A DNA stretch of 64,000 bases from contig CM059432.1 in assembly GCA_030390025.1 (NCBI GenBank), positions 38,938,001 through 39,002,000 on the forward strand, read 5' to 3'. The notes under the pieces were generated by a model that saw only the letters and a list, made by a program, of their open reading frames with translations, did no database searches and was not told the DNA's origin. The translations under genes and the position numbers were made by a program. How positions within the stretch are numbered: position 1 is the stretch's first letter; every line of letters starts with the position of its first letter. Shown in pieces: positions 1-11,734 of the stretch. Source of the stretch: Squalus acanthias (lineage: Eukaryota).

Positions 1-683
1 ACTAAATAAACTTTCCAGCAGAAAATGTTTCATTTCCATTCTGTTATGCAAAAAATAACCAACATACTAAAGGTTGAAAGCTTTGGATAGAAACTGCCCA
101 TTTGCACTTACTGTCTATTCTTTTGTTTATTCAGTTAAAATGACATTCTTTACTAGATACCAGACCATCATTAATGGATTCTTGTCTTCCTGCCAATGAC
201 TATAGTAGTTTTATTGTATCTTTGATTAATGAGTATGATCTTTTGAACTGTACAGCACTTTACTTGTTATCAGCAAACAGGCTTAATTACAGAAATTAAA
301 GTGTTTAACAGCCTCAATATAAAATCAGATGCTCGCTACATTACAAGATTTTAACACTTGATTCAAAAATGTTCTCGGCTCGTCACAAAAGTACCATAAT
401 TATATGGCTAGAAAATGCTCTATACTGCAGTGTTTGTACTTTGCATGGAGAGAGCAGGTTGTAGTAAACACATATTGGACCTGTTGATAATATGAGCCAC
501 AATTCATGCAACCAACGTCTTAAATATATGAATGCTATAAACTTAAATGCATGAAGGGATGAAGTGAACATTCTCCATCAATTGGCTACAGCCCTTCATT
601 AAAATGGCTAAATTCAATATATAGCCAAAACCAAAGGTGAGGAAACAATGGCCTAAAAATGACTCCCAACTTGCAATTATTGT

Positions 684-717
684 GTGTCAACTGTGGCTCA
701 GTGGGTAGCACTCTCTC
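684..717 (+). mobile_element. 5' head of a tRNA-derived Deu-domain SINE (SacSINE1/AmnSINE1-like), split from its body at 4262
   Basis: GTGTCAACTGTGGCTCAGTGGGTAGCACTCTC matches the head of the intact copy at 51731 and contains the A-box. Confidence 0.85.
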
Positions 718-850
718 GGTGGAAGGGGCTGAGAGTGAGCAGGTGCTGCTGGGTGCTTGATTACTGCAGGCAGTTGGAGTGAATTTGTAAAAAGTTGGTG
801 GTGTTTTTCTTCAGGTTTTAGGGCCTTTTTCGTCCTTAAACAGCAACCAG

Positions 851-1880
851 ATGGCTGCTGAGAGGGCTGGGCCACTCAGAGGACAATGTTCCCAGGATGA
901 ATTTAATCAGGGGAGAAAATGTTGGGGGAAGGGAGAAAAAAAGGCCCAACGATTTGGGCCTGGACCCCAGGAGGTTTAGAAAAGAAAACACAGTTCAGTG
1001 CGAGGATAAGGAGATACAAGCTTGGGATATTATCTAGGCGGTACGTGAGGACTGCGGCGAGGGAAGCTGCTTTGCCTGCTGACCAAAGCCGAATGTTGGG
1101 TTCGAGGTGACGGTCAGTAGCCGAGAGGAGGTGGAAAGACTTTTACTGAGTTTGAATGTTGGAGATAAGTTCTTGAAGGTATCTCTGCTATATTCTAAAG
1201 ATGTGCTAATAAAAAAGTTGGAGTAGTGGGACATTAAAATATGCTTGGCAGTAAAGAGGAGATACTATCCAGGAACGCGGGTAGCAAATGGAACCCGTTA
1301 TGTAAAGGTGTGGTTCCCAGAGGGGGTGAAGTCATTGCCGTATAGCATGAAATTCAAGACAATGGAAGGAGTGCAGTACTTCCGGGTATTGCATGATAAC
1401 CAGGTGAAGGTTTGTTATTATTGTCTTGGACACGACCATCTTGTAAGAAGCTGTCCAGATGTGTACTGTTGTAACTGCGGTGAGTCTGGACACATCGCTT
1501 GGAGCTGCAAGGCGGAGAGCTGTGGGGTGTGTCACAAAGGCCCCACCCACTGTGAGTGTGCGGCAGAAGGAAGCCCCTTGAGTGATGAGGAGATGGGAGA
1601 AGGAGAAGGAGCAGGAGGTGTGAGTGGAGTGGCTGGAGGAGCGGAGCAGGTGGAGGACACAGCTGATGAATGGAAGGAGAAAAGAGTGCAGGAATGGAAG
1701 GAGAAAAGAGCGCAGGAAGAGGCAGAAAATTGTGATGCAGAGAACAGGATAGAGATGGTGGAAAAGGACAAAGACAGCAGCGGGCAGCACAGGTCGAGGG
1801 CAGAGTCGAGCCATAATACGGCTCAGCTCTCCCTAAAGAATCTGGTGTCCATGGGGGGAGAGGAGGTGGGTGCGGGGTAA
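851..1880 (+). pseudogene. Tx1-type ORF1 (gag-like zinc-knuckle protein), with stops and frameshifts
   Basis: KRRYYPGTRVANGTRYVKVWFPEGVKSLPYSMKF...YFRVLHDNQVKVC is followed by CYYCLGHDHLVRSC and CCNCGESGHIAWSC knuckles. The upstream frame from ATG 851 is interrupted. Confidence 0.85.
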
Positions 1881-2155
1881 GTGTAAGTACTCCAAAGAAA
1901 GATGGGGAGTCGGACATCTCGGGGAGCAGGAGGGGGCAAGACAAGGAGAGGGTGCAAGAGGCAGTAGCCTTAAAGGGGCAGCAGGATGGGAGCGGGGAGA
2001 CAAAGATGCCAGAAGGGAGCAAGATAGGTGCAGATGCGCCATTGTCCCAGGGAGAGAAGAAACGGGGAGCAAGGATCAGCGGTGGAGATGAGGCCGAAGG
2101 GAGTGGCACTGTTGGAGAAACCGTGATAGCAGGAAGACTCTCTAAGGGAGATTGT

Positions 2156-2993
2156 GGGCTGGATTTTCCAAGCCCCGAGGAGGCGGGCATGGAGGCGGGA
2201 CAGCCAGTAAATTCGGAGAAAGTGGGGGCGGATGGCAAACCCGCCCCCATCCCACCTCCGTGCCCTTTTGCCAGGAGGTGGGAAGATGTGCAGCTTCGGG
2301 TCCCGTCTCCTGGAGGCGGGAAAGGCATTTAATCCTTTTAACTGCCTGTTAACAGGTAGTTAACAGGCAGAAAAAAGGATTAGTGCCATTTTACCTTCAC
2401 AGGTGAAGGCTTCCCGACCTTGGAGAACCCCGCCGGGTTGGAGGAGATGTGGAGGAGGTCTGTGGCGGTCGGAGGCACCTGGAAGTACGGTGTAGTGGTG
2501 AGTGATGGGTGCAAGTGTGGAGTGGTAAGTATGCAAGGTGAGTGATAAGTTTTAAAAAGTGTTCACTCACCTTATTTTCTTCCTACAGTCTTCAGCCGCG
2601 GTGGATCGGGAGAGCTGACATCCCCCTTGTCAATTTCACAGACCGACTGTTGGAACCTCCAAACCAACAGCCATGTGAAATTTACAAATTTGAAAGGTTT
2701 GATGAGTCCTCAACACAAGGACTCATCAAACTAAAGAGAATGTCAGTGTTTGACAGCTTCACAGAGCTGTCAAACGCTGACATTTCTTCTTTCAAGAAGT
2801 CTTGACAGATAGCACGTCTGACGTTGACGTGCTCTGTCAGTGACTTCCTCCCTAATTAGCCTGCTGAGGCGGGCTTAACAAGCTCAATCAGGGGAAAATC
2901 CCTCTGGTTGGTCAGGCAAGGATGGAGGCGGGACATTGACACGACAAGCAGCAGTCCCACTTCCAACTCGTCTCCATTCACAAAATCCAGCCC
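2156..2993 (+). mobile_element. PIF/Harbinger MITE, family B
   Basis: TIRs GGGCTGGATTTT / AAAATCCAGCCC; flanks TGT/TTT. A near-identical inverted copy lies at 9051-9896. Confidence 0.88.
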
Positions 2994-3502
2994 TTTGTAT
3001 CTGACAGGGAGCCGGGACGGGAGGTTACAGAAGAGCTCGAGAGTGAGGAGTCAGATGGGGACAGAGACATGGAAGTGGGAGGTCGGGTGGCATCGTGTGG
3101 AAAGGGAAAGGTTAATGAGGGGTAGAGGAGGGAGAAGGGGCAGCTCCTCAGCCCAAACCTAATGTAAGGGAAAGGCTGAAACTGTAGGGAAGGTTCAAAC
3201 AGGAGGTAAAAATTGCCGGAGGCTGCAGGAGAAAGCAACAGCTACCCGAAAAGTTGGGAAGGAGCATGAGAGGAGGGAAGGGCCGGAGATTAAATGATGG
3301 GGGGATTATCAGGCACACTTCCCTTATTCGGAACCATGATTACTGATCAATTTTTAAAGTACAATAGATTGGCATATGTTATGGGAGACAAATTAAACTT
3401 CCGGTTTTGATGTTAATGGCTGTGCAGAGCGGCAGAATGGATTTGTATGATACAATGGAATGATCACGATGTTGTAAATGTTTTCAATGTTTAATAAATA
3501 AT

Positions 3503-4246
3503 GGCCCAAAAATTTGTGTTGCTACGCGAGAGTACGCACTGTATACTCTCGCGTATTCTGTCTCCAATTGCCGGTTTTCTGCATGCACTGCGCATCCGCT
3601 GAAAACCGGCACTTGGTGAATGCAAAAGGGGGCGGTTCCTAAGTGAACCGCGAGCGCGCTACAGGCTGCGCGCACGCAGTGCACTTAGTGCTTTGAACGC
3701 GCAGGTAAGTATGGAAGATTTTACACATAAAGAAAGGAGGCGTAAGGCCCTCTTTTAACAAGGTAAATAGTTAATTAAGTATTATTTTGAATTTTTTTTA
3801 ACAGGTATATCTTTTTTAGAGACTTTAAAGACAGGTAAGTTTATTTTTATAACTTTTTAAAAGATTTTAAATTTTTTCAAAAATTTAATTTTTTGTTTAA
3901 AATGGTTAATTTATTTAACTATACTTATTTTATTAATGTGATGGTTTTAAAAAATTTTTTAATTGAGGTTTAGCTGTTCTTTTGGGGGGGTATAGTATTC
4001 ATAGCTTTCACAGCACTTATGTGAAAGCTATGAATGAAAGATGGTGTGCTGCCATTGGCTCTAACTGAGTCACGTGATCCCACAGCTCGCACGAATTAAC
4101 TGCGCCTGTGGGATACGGAAGCACTGCCCAGCTGCTGTCCAGAACATCAAGTTCGTGCGAGCTGGGACTGAAAAAGCCAGCGCGCAGTGAGAGATCGCGG
4201 GGAAGCCTTACCCTCGCACGAAGGCTCCCTCACGAATTTTTGGGCC
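3503..4246 (+). mobile_element. PIF/Harbinger MITE, family C (AT-rich core)
   Basis: TIRs GGCCCAAAAATTTGTG / CACGAATTTTTGGGCC; 3-bp TSD AAT; homolog at 61338-62101. Confidence 0.9.
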
Positions 4247-4261
4247 AATATATCAAAACAA

Positions 4262-4700
4262 AGTGGGTAGCACCCTCGCCTCTGGGTCAGAAGGTTTTGG
4301 GTTCAAGTCCCACTCCAGAGACTTGAGCATGAAAATCTAGGCTGACATTCCAGTGCAGTATTGAGGGAATGCTGCACTGTTGGAGGTGCCATCTTTCGGA
4401 TGAGACTTTAAACCGAGGCCCTGTCTGCTCTCTCAGGTGGATGTAAAAGATCCCATGGCACTATTTCGAAGAAGAGCAGGGGTGTTATCACCGGTGTCCT
4501 GGCCAATATTTATCCCTCAATCAACATCACTAGAACAGATTATCTGATCATTATCACATTGCTGTTTGTGGGAGTTTGCTGTGCGCAAATTGGCTGCTGC
4601 GTTTCCTACATTACAACAGTGACTACACTTCAAAAAGTACTTCATTGGCTGTAAAGTGCTTTGGGACGTCTGGTGAAAGGTGCTAGTCTTTCTTGACACT
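4262..4700 (+). mobile_element. Deu-domain SINE body and L2-like tail
   Basis: B-box GGTTCAAGTCCC; Deu core GATCCCATGGCACTATTTCGAAGAAGAGCAGGGG; tail TGTAAAGTGCTTTGGGACG. Confidence 0.9.
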
Positions 4701-4877
4701 TTAAGCATTAAGACTTGAAAGGAGCAGGCAAAGCAAATGTTGGAGGGAAGCGCAGCCCTTGGTTTGGTTCATTGCTGCAGATACTGTAGTGTAAATCTGT
4801 AACTGGGAGCTTCCCTTCAGCAGATATATATCCCATGCACCAGTGGTAATAATTGCAGATGCCACAAATGTAAGATT

Positions 4878-5160
4878 GTGGCAATGTAATGGTTATGTTA
4901 CTGGGCTAGTAATCATGAATTCAAATCTCACCATAGCAGTTTGAGAATATGAATTCAGATTTTTTAAAAATTGGGAAATAAAAAGCTGGTACCAGTAAAA
5001 GTGAAGCTGACAGATTGTTGTATAAACCCAACTAACTAATTTCTTTTATCAAAATTGTTACAAAGAATAACAAGTCCCACCACCACCTTCTCAGGGCAAC
5101 TAGAGATGCGCAATAACTGCTGACCTTGTCAGTGACACCCACATCCTGAAAATGAAAAAA
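4878..5160 (+). mobile_element. tRNA-derived SINE with a CR1-group LINE 3' tail (degraded)
   Basis: The head matches 22040-22145. The tail at 5076-5160 matches the reverse complement of the LINE 3' end at 13075-13165. Confidence 0.75.
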
Positions 5161-5501
5161 TACATATAAACTGCAGGCATTAAGATGAATCTGTACATGT
5201 ATTTATACTGTGCCTTTTTTTTCTTTATATAGAGGTGCCAGGATCCAGAAATGCTGCAATGGGTTCTTCCACTGCCAAATCACACAGCAATCACATCCTA
5301 CAAAAATCAGCACAGAGAACAAACCTTGAAGGTAGTGGTTAGTTACGTCAATATGGGATCACCTGGAATAAAAAAAGGTAAATATGGGAGTTTGAAGAAA
5401 GGTCAGATGTCATAGTGTAAAGGCTCCAAATTATGACTTGCAAAGCAGAGGAGCTTCAGGAAGCAAAAGGCCGACTTCACGATCGTGTGTGTAAAAGTGC
5501 T

Positions 5502-6536
5502 CCCACACGAGGGTGTCTCGTTGATTCACCCACATGAGTTGTCTTGCTGCTCCACCCACACAAGGGTGTCTCCCTGATTCACCCACATGAGTTGTCTTGC
5601 TGCTCCACCCACACGAGGGTGTCTCATTGATTCACCCACACAAGGGCATCTCCCTGATTCACCCACATGAGTTGTCTTGCTGCTCCACCCACACGAGGGT
5701 GTCTCATTGATTCACCCACATGAGATGTCTTGCTGCTTCACCCACACAAGGGTGTCTCATTGATTCACCCACATGAGATGTCTTGCTGCTCCACCCACAC
5801 AAGGGTGTCTCCCTGATTCACCCACATGAGTTGTCTTGCTGCTCCATCCACACGAGGGTGTCTCATTGATTCACCCACACAAGGGCATCTCCCTGATTCA
5901 CCCACATGAGATGTCTTGCTGCTCCACCCACACGAGGGTGTCTCATTGATTCACCCACATGAGTTGTCTTGCTGCTTCACCCACACAAGGGCGTCTCCCT
6001 GATTCACCCACATGAGTTGTCTTGCTGCTTCACCCACACAAGGGCGTCTCCCTGATTCACCCACATGAGTTGTCTTGCTGCTTCACCCACACAAGGGCAT
6101 CTCCCTGATTCACCCACATGAGTTGTCTTGCTGCTTCACCCACACAAGGACGTCTCCCTGATTCACCCACATGAGATGTCTTGCTGCTCCACCCACACGA
6201 AGGTGTCTCATTGATTCACCCACACAAGGGCGTCTCTCTGATTCACCCACATGAGTTGTCTTGCTGCTTCACCCACACAAGGGCGTCTCCCTGATTCACC
6301 CACATGAGTTGTCTTGCTGCTTCACCCACACAAGGGCGTCTCCCTGATTCACCCACATGAGTTGTCTTGCTGCTTCACCCACACAAGGATGTCTCCCTGA
6401 TTCACCCACATGAGATGTCTTGCTGCTCCACCCACACGAAGGTGTCTCATTGATTCACCCACACAAGGGCGTCTCTCTGATTCACCCACATGAGATGTCT
6501 TGCTGCTCCACCCACACGAGGGTGTCTCACTGATTC
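5502..6536. repeat. Minisatellite of alternating 27-bp and 26-bp related monomers (53-bp dimer)
   Basis: Monomer A CCCACACRAGGGYGTCTCMYTGATTCA and monomer B CCCACATGAGWTGTCTTGCTGCTYCA repeat over ~1035 bp. Confidence 0.97.
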
Positions 6537-6789
6537 GGGCGGGAAGGCCAGAGTGGCTGATTCCTGCGGTGCTGAATTTGGTGACTTGAAATATTTTGGT
6601 TATTTTGGAGGCTACGCACAGAGTACATGATTCTCATTGGGGCTCTTTAATTATTGCTATTCTAATGCAAATTAGTCCCACAATAAAATCCACGACCTTC
6701 CTCAGCACGTCACTCTTTAGCACTGCTCACCTGTTTAAAATAGGAGCTACTGCTACCTTTTGCCATAGCACTGTTGCTGACAGCAGCCA

Positions 6790-7995
6790 CTGCATTGGCT
6801 GTAACCACAGTGGGAATTCCATTGAGCCTTTCAATGGCAGTGATGTATTTGGACCAGGAAGAGGAGTTCAGGCAAAGGGAACAAAGTCAGGTGCACTTGC
6901 ATCTCAGATGTTTGGCAGCTACTGGGCCTTCTCCTAGTAGCAAAGTCTTCAAACGTAGGCACCTATTCTTGGGGCTGTCTGAAAAGACTTGCCTTAATCA
7001 ACTGTGATTTATGAGGGAGGCTGTCACAGTTTTATGCTGTATCCTTGAACCTGACTTCCAGACAAGATATACCACAGAAACAGACCTATTTGTTATGGAG
7101 AAGGTTACGACAGCCGTTAAATTTTACGTGACTGCTTCCTTCCAAGCCATTGGTAGTGATATTAGCCACATCAGTTAATCTTCAATCCAGTGGTGCATAA
7201 AAGAAGTGGCAGAAGCCTCTCTTCCTTGTTCTCATCCTTTAAGTCACTCCTTAAAACCTACCTCTTTGACCAAGCTTTTGGTTACCAGTCCTAATATCTC
7301 TCTTTATGTGACTCGGTGTCAAATTTTGTCTGATAACGTTTCTGTGAAGCACCTTGGGTTGTTTTACTGCATTAAGGTGCTATATAAATGTAAGTTGTTG
7401 TTGTTTGCTGGGGGAAAACACTTTTATCACTCGCTCCATGAAAAGGATGCAACAGAGTGAGATGGCACTCAGATTTTAGGAACAGAATAGTGCAAATTAA
7501 TGCATAATACCCTGGCAGCAGCCATGATGTTTTCATTTTGTGTGAATCGATCATGTCAGCACTATTTGAAGGAGCAGGCGCACAGCACGATTGGTTGCTA
7601 GGAGATGAAAGTTATCCACTGCTGCCCTGGCTAATGATACCATTGAGAAACCTCCAAACAAAGGTGGAATACAGATATAAAAAAAGTTCATTCCACCACA
7701 TGAATTCCGGTGGAACATAGCATTGATATTCTGTACATTGTTTGGACAACTGTAACAGTGGGGAGGTGCTGGGGGTGTACTGCTCTATAGCCTGGACAAG
7801 ATGTCAAACATTATCACATTCTGCTCTATGCAAAGAGGGGATACTATTCAGCAAGAGAAGTGGGAGAGTCAGCCTCAATGGAGAAGGGTGAGGAGGAAGA
7901 ACAAATGGTCGCGGATGGCATTCAGCCAGGGAGACTGGTGCCCAAAACATTCAGCTCATTGTGCCTGTGCTGGCTGATTAACAGGATTTTTACTT
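6790..7995 (+). pseudogene. Decayed PIF/Harbinger (HARBI1-like) DDE transposase
   Basis: Recognisable pieces are KVTTAVKFYVTASFQAIGSDISHIS, PGSSHDVFIL and WLLGDESYPLLPWLMIPLRN, with multiple stops. Confidence 0.85.
7225..7405 (+). mobile_element. L2 LINE 3' end inserted in the transposase fossil
   Basis: CCTTAAAACCTACCTCTTTGACCAAGCTTTTGG...TGTGAAGCACCTTGGG...GTGCTATATAAATGTAAGTTGTTGTTG. Confidence 0.75.
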
Positions 7996-8269
7996 AACCT
8001 TGTAAATGTATCCCTGCATGAACTTATGCATTATGGTCTTCATCATAAGATAATGATCCTGCGAGTAACATGCATTGCCAAATCAGTGCAAATGGAAAGG
8101 AAAATCAATTGAGATGTATAACGGTTAGCTGATCCGATCCGCTACGGCTAATTTTCTGCCCCTGCCGAAGTTGAACATTACTCCCAAGGTTTCTGCTTCA
8201 ATGATTAACTCCAGTAATGTATTCAGTCTCCCAACCCTCTGTGTAAAAATGTACCTTTCCTCTGAAACA

Positions 8270-8640
8270 GAAGATTGTGTGTGCAGCTCCAGGACTTGAC
8301 TTATGTAATCTAGGCTGATACGCCAATGCAGTACTGAGGGAGTACTGTATTGTCAGAAGCTCTATCCTTTGTCTTAAGACCTTATGGATGCTTAAGACCT
8401 TATTAAACTAATTGAAGAAAGCAGGGAATTCTTTCGGTGTCCTGCCCAACATCCATCCCTCAGCCAACACCATAAAAAAGAAGTTGAACTGACCATTCCG
8501 CTCATTGTTCTTTGTGGTATCTTGCGATACTGCCATGCTTGCCTACATAACATTCACTGCACTTCAAAGTCATTCATTGTATGTGAACTGCTCTCTGATT
8601 GATGTGATAAGGTGTTGTATAAATGTAAGTTCTTTCTTTC
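8270..8640 (+). mobile_element. Degraded Deu-domain SINE
   Basis: CTAGGCTGATACGCCAATGCAGTACTGAGGGAG and the tail align to 4262-4700. Confidence 0.75.
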
Positions 8641-8710
8641 TCACCTGATGTTTCCAACAGGGGTCATTGAAGATACAAAGTAGAAGACCTTGTGAGATTG
8701 GCGTTGTAGG

Positions 8711-9025
8711 AAAGAACTTGCATTTATAAAGTGCCTTTCATGACCTCAGGACATCCCAAGCACTTTACAGCCAATGAAGTATTTTTGAAGTGTAGTCACT
8801 GTTGCAATGTAGGGAAATACAGCAGCCAATTTGTGCACAGAGAGGTCCCACAAACAACAATGAGGTACATGACCAGACAATCTGTTTTTTAATGATGTTG
8901 GTTGAGGGATATATTTTGTCTAGGACATGAAGAGAACTCCCATGCTCTTCTTCAAATAGTGCTATGGGATCTTTTATGTCCACCTGAGAGAACAGATGGG
9001 GCTTTGATTAAACGTCTCATCCGAC
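8711..9025 (-). mobile_element. Deu-domain SINE, 3' part
   Basis: Reverse complement of the Deu core and tail seen at 4400-4700. Confidence 0.8.
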
Positions 9026-9050
9026 TTAACAGTACACAACAAAAATCGTT

Positions 9051-9896
9051 GGGCTGGATTTTGTGAATGGAGGTGAGTTGGAGGCGGGACTGCTGCTTGT
9101 CATGTCAATGTCCTGCCTCCACCCTCGCCTGACCAACCAGAGGGATTTCCCCCTGATTGACCTTGTTAAGGCCGCCCTGTGGGCTCAGCAGGCCAACTAT
9201 GGAGGAAGTCACTGACAGATCAGGTCAACGTCAGACGTGTTATCTGTCAAGACTTCTTCAAAGAAGAAATGTCAGCGTTTGACAGCTCTGTGAAGCTGTC
9301 AAACACTGACATTCTCTTTAGTTTGATGAGTCTTTGTGTTCAGGACTCATCAAACCTTTCAACTTTGTAAATTTCACATGGCTGTTGGTTTGGAGGTTCC
9401 AACAGCCATTCTGTGAAATTGACAAGCAGCATGTCGGCTCTCCCGATCCACTGCGGCTAAAGGCTGCATGAAGAAAACAAGGTAAGTGAACACTATTTTA
9501 AACTTATCACTCACCTTGCATACTTACCACTCCACATTTGCACCCATCACTCACCTTTACACCTTACTTCCAGGTGCCTCTGACCACCGCAGACCTCCTC
9601 CACGTCTCCTCCAACCTGGCGGGGTTCTCTGAGGTTGGGAAGCCTTCACCTGTGAAGGTAAAATGGCACTAATCCTTTTTTCTGCCTGTTAACTACCTGT
9701 TAACAGGCAGTTAAAAGGATTAAATGCCTTTCCCGCCTCCAGGAGACGGGACCCGAAGCAGCACATCTTCCCGCCTCCTGGCAAAAGGGCACGGAGGCAG
9801 GATGGGGGCGGCTTTGTCATCCGCCCCCACTTTCTCCGAATTTACCGGCTGTCCCGCCTCCATGCCCACCTCCTCGGGGCTTGGAAAATCCAGCCG
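9051..9896 (-). mobile_element. PIF/Harbinger MITE, family B
   Basis: Inverted near-identical copy of 2156-2993; TIRs GGGCTGGATTTT / AAAATCCAGCCG. Confidence 0.88.
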
Positions 9897-9988
9897 ATTG
9901 TGTAGTTGCCTTGGTTGCCTTGCAATTTAAAAATAATTCCTGAAATAACACAAATTATTTTTAAAGCATCGATTAAAGCAAAAATATA

Positions 9989-10730
9989 GGCCACGATTTT
10001 ATCATTGGTGGCGGGGTGGGTGCGGATCAGGTGGTCGGCGGGCTCCAGTCCCGCCTCCGCATTCAGCCGGTAAAAATTTGCGATTTTGCCCTAATTGGGC
10101 AATTGATTCCCGGCGTGTGCGCTCTCCTGGCCAATTACTGTTTTGGGTCTGGAACTTGACTCTGCTGATGTCTGTGAGCCAGCTGCATTTAAGGGGTCCT
10201 TGCAGCCTTGGTTCATTTTCTCCTTATTTACTGCTGGATTGACTACTCTGCTTACTGCTGCTGACATAGCAACCTCAAGAGCGAAGGCCTCACCACGATT
10301 TGCTGATGACTCCCTCCATGCTCTTGTGGAGGGAGTCAGAGGTCAAAAGGAGGTACTCTTCCCATCCTCTGGGAGGAAGAAGCCACCACAGCAGACCAAA
10401 GCTGTGTAGCTGCAAATTGCACAGTCGGTCAGCTCGGCATCGATGTGCAGTCGAACCAGGGTACAGTGCCGAAAAAGGTTCAATGACCTGGTCCGCTCAG
10501 GGAAAGTGAGTATAACATCACCATTACCCTCAATCTACTCCCCATCTCCTCTCATCACCAGCATTCTGCATTATCAACCTACTCCTCCACATCCCACTTT
10601 ACCCTTACATCCCTTGCACCCTTAACCATCCCTCTCTCTATGTACACTATCACTTCACTATTTGACTATGCTGCCCTCACACTCGCTATCACTGTTATGC
10701 AATGCCAACAACTAACAACGCACAGGGAGG
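9989..10730 (+). mobile_element. Harbinger left arm with Myb/SANT-like exon (about 10260-10505)
   Basis: Starts GGCCACGATTTT. Encodes RAKASPRFADDSLHALVEGV...EVLFP...SRTRVQCRKRFNDLVRSGK, followed by a GTGAGT donor at 10506. Confidence 0.8.
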
Positions 10731-10779
10731 GCCCTTGGTATTGGTACCTCACTCCATCTTTGTCTCCTTCTAAGCATCG

Positions 10780-11505
10780 TGTCATCCGCTTTTCGTGTTA
10801 GCCACCCGACTCCAATTGGATGTGGGAGAATTATTCGATTTTCCCCTAATTGGGCAATTGAGTTCCAGCATGTGGGAACCCATGAACCAATTAGTTTTTT
10901 CAGCCTGAAAGTTGCCTCTGATGATGTCATCATTGCTGCTGCATTTAAGGTCTGCAAAGACTGGGAAGCTTTTGGCCTTTGCTGTGAGAGGGACCTGGAG
11001 GCAAAATGAGCAGCAGGAGACCTAAGTCTGCTCCCAGATTTTTTTTGTACCACCACCACCACCACCACCACTACTACTATTACTACTCCTCCAGGCTCCA
11101 AAGTTCCACAACAATGGTTATGACTGCTAAAACTTCCCCCAGAATGATGATTGATCAAATCTCCTTCTTAATGGTGGACCTGCAGCTGATAGTTAGCAAT
11201 CCAAGTGTGCTACCGCCAGGTTTCACCGTTGTGTTTCAGAGGAGGCGTGCATCACATTGGAAAAGTGTTAAAATCAGAAAGGCTTCTCAAAACGGGATTA
11301 TAGAGGCAATTAAGTGGTTGTTAAGGGCCTTAAGGGCCTATCCTGCCTCTTGGAGGCGGGACGGAGACGGGATCAGAAACCACGCATTTGGGAAAATTGC
11401 TCGGAGGCGGGATGGAGGCGGAGTCGGGCCCGCCCGCCATTTTTTGCAATTTTAACACCCCACACGCCTCCATTCCCGCCTCCTCGGGCCTGGCAAATCG
11501 AGCCC
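10780..11505 (-). mobile_element. PIF/Harbinger MITE, family A (one end eroded), with an internal (CAC)n(TAC)n microsatellite
   Basis: Reverse-complement similarity to 23901-24614 and 60723-62252; ends GCAAATCGAGCCC. Confidence 0.8.
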
Positions 11506-11734
11506 ATAGTCTCTGGAGCCCTCCTAATGTTAAATATTGGCCTACATTCCAAGACAGAATCTGTCGCAGTTATTGATCCTTTATTCTTGTTGAAGTGTTC
11601 TGTAAGTTAAATGAGAGAACAGAATGATTGGTTGAAATTATAAAATACCTCTGTTTTCCTCTGTATATTTCTTTTTGTAAAAGGGTACTTAATATATTAC
11701 ATATAGGTTTCCCTCATAACATGAGAGGAGACAT

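Larger units (their letters stand above)
718..4261 (+). mobile_element. Tx1-clade (L1-like) non-LTR element with ORF1 only, carrying two nested MITEs
   Basis: It has a 5' leader, a decayed ORF1 with CCHC knuckles, AATAAA at 3493 and an A-rich 3' end. It is flanked by AGTGGGTAGCACTCTCTC (700-717) and AGTGGGTAGCACCCTCGC (4262-4279), 16/18 identical. Confidence 0.8.

Noticed and set aside
1245..1880. Host ZCCHC3-like gene
   Set aside because: The upstream frame has stops and frameshifts, and the ORF lies inside a TSD-flanked retroelement.
1354..2328. 324-aa minus-strand ORF
   Set aside because: It is an antisense shadow of purine-rich ORF1 plus MITE sequence, with low-complexity Pro/Ser/Leu content.
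5502..6536. CRISPR-like array
   Set aside because: There are no unique spacers, both monomers repeat, no cas genes are present, and the context is vertebrate.
11006..11455. Poly-His/poly-Tyr ORF
   Set aside because: It is the translation of a (CAC)n(TAC)n microsatellite inside a MITE.
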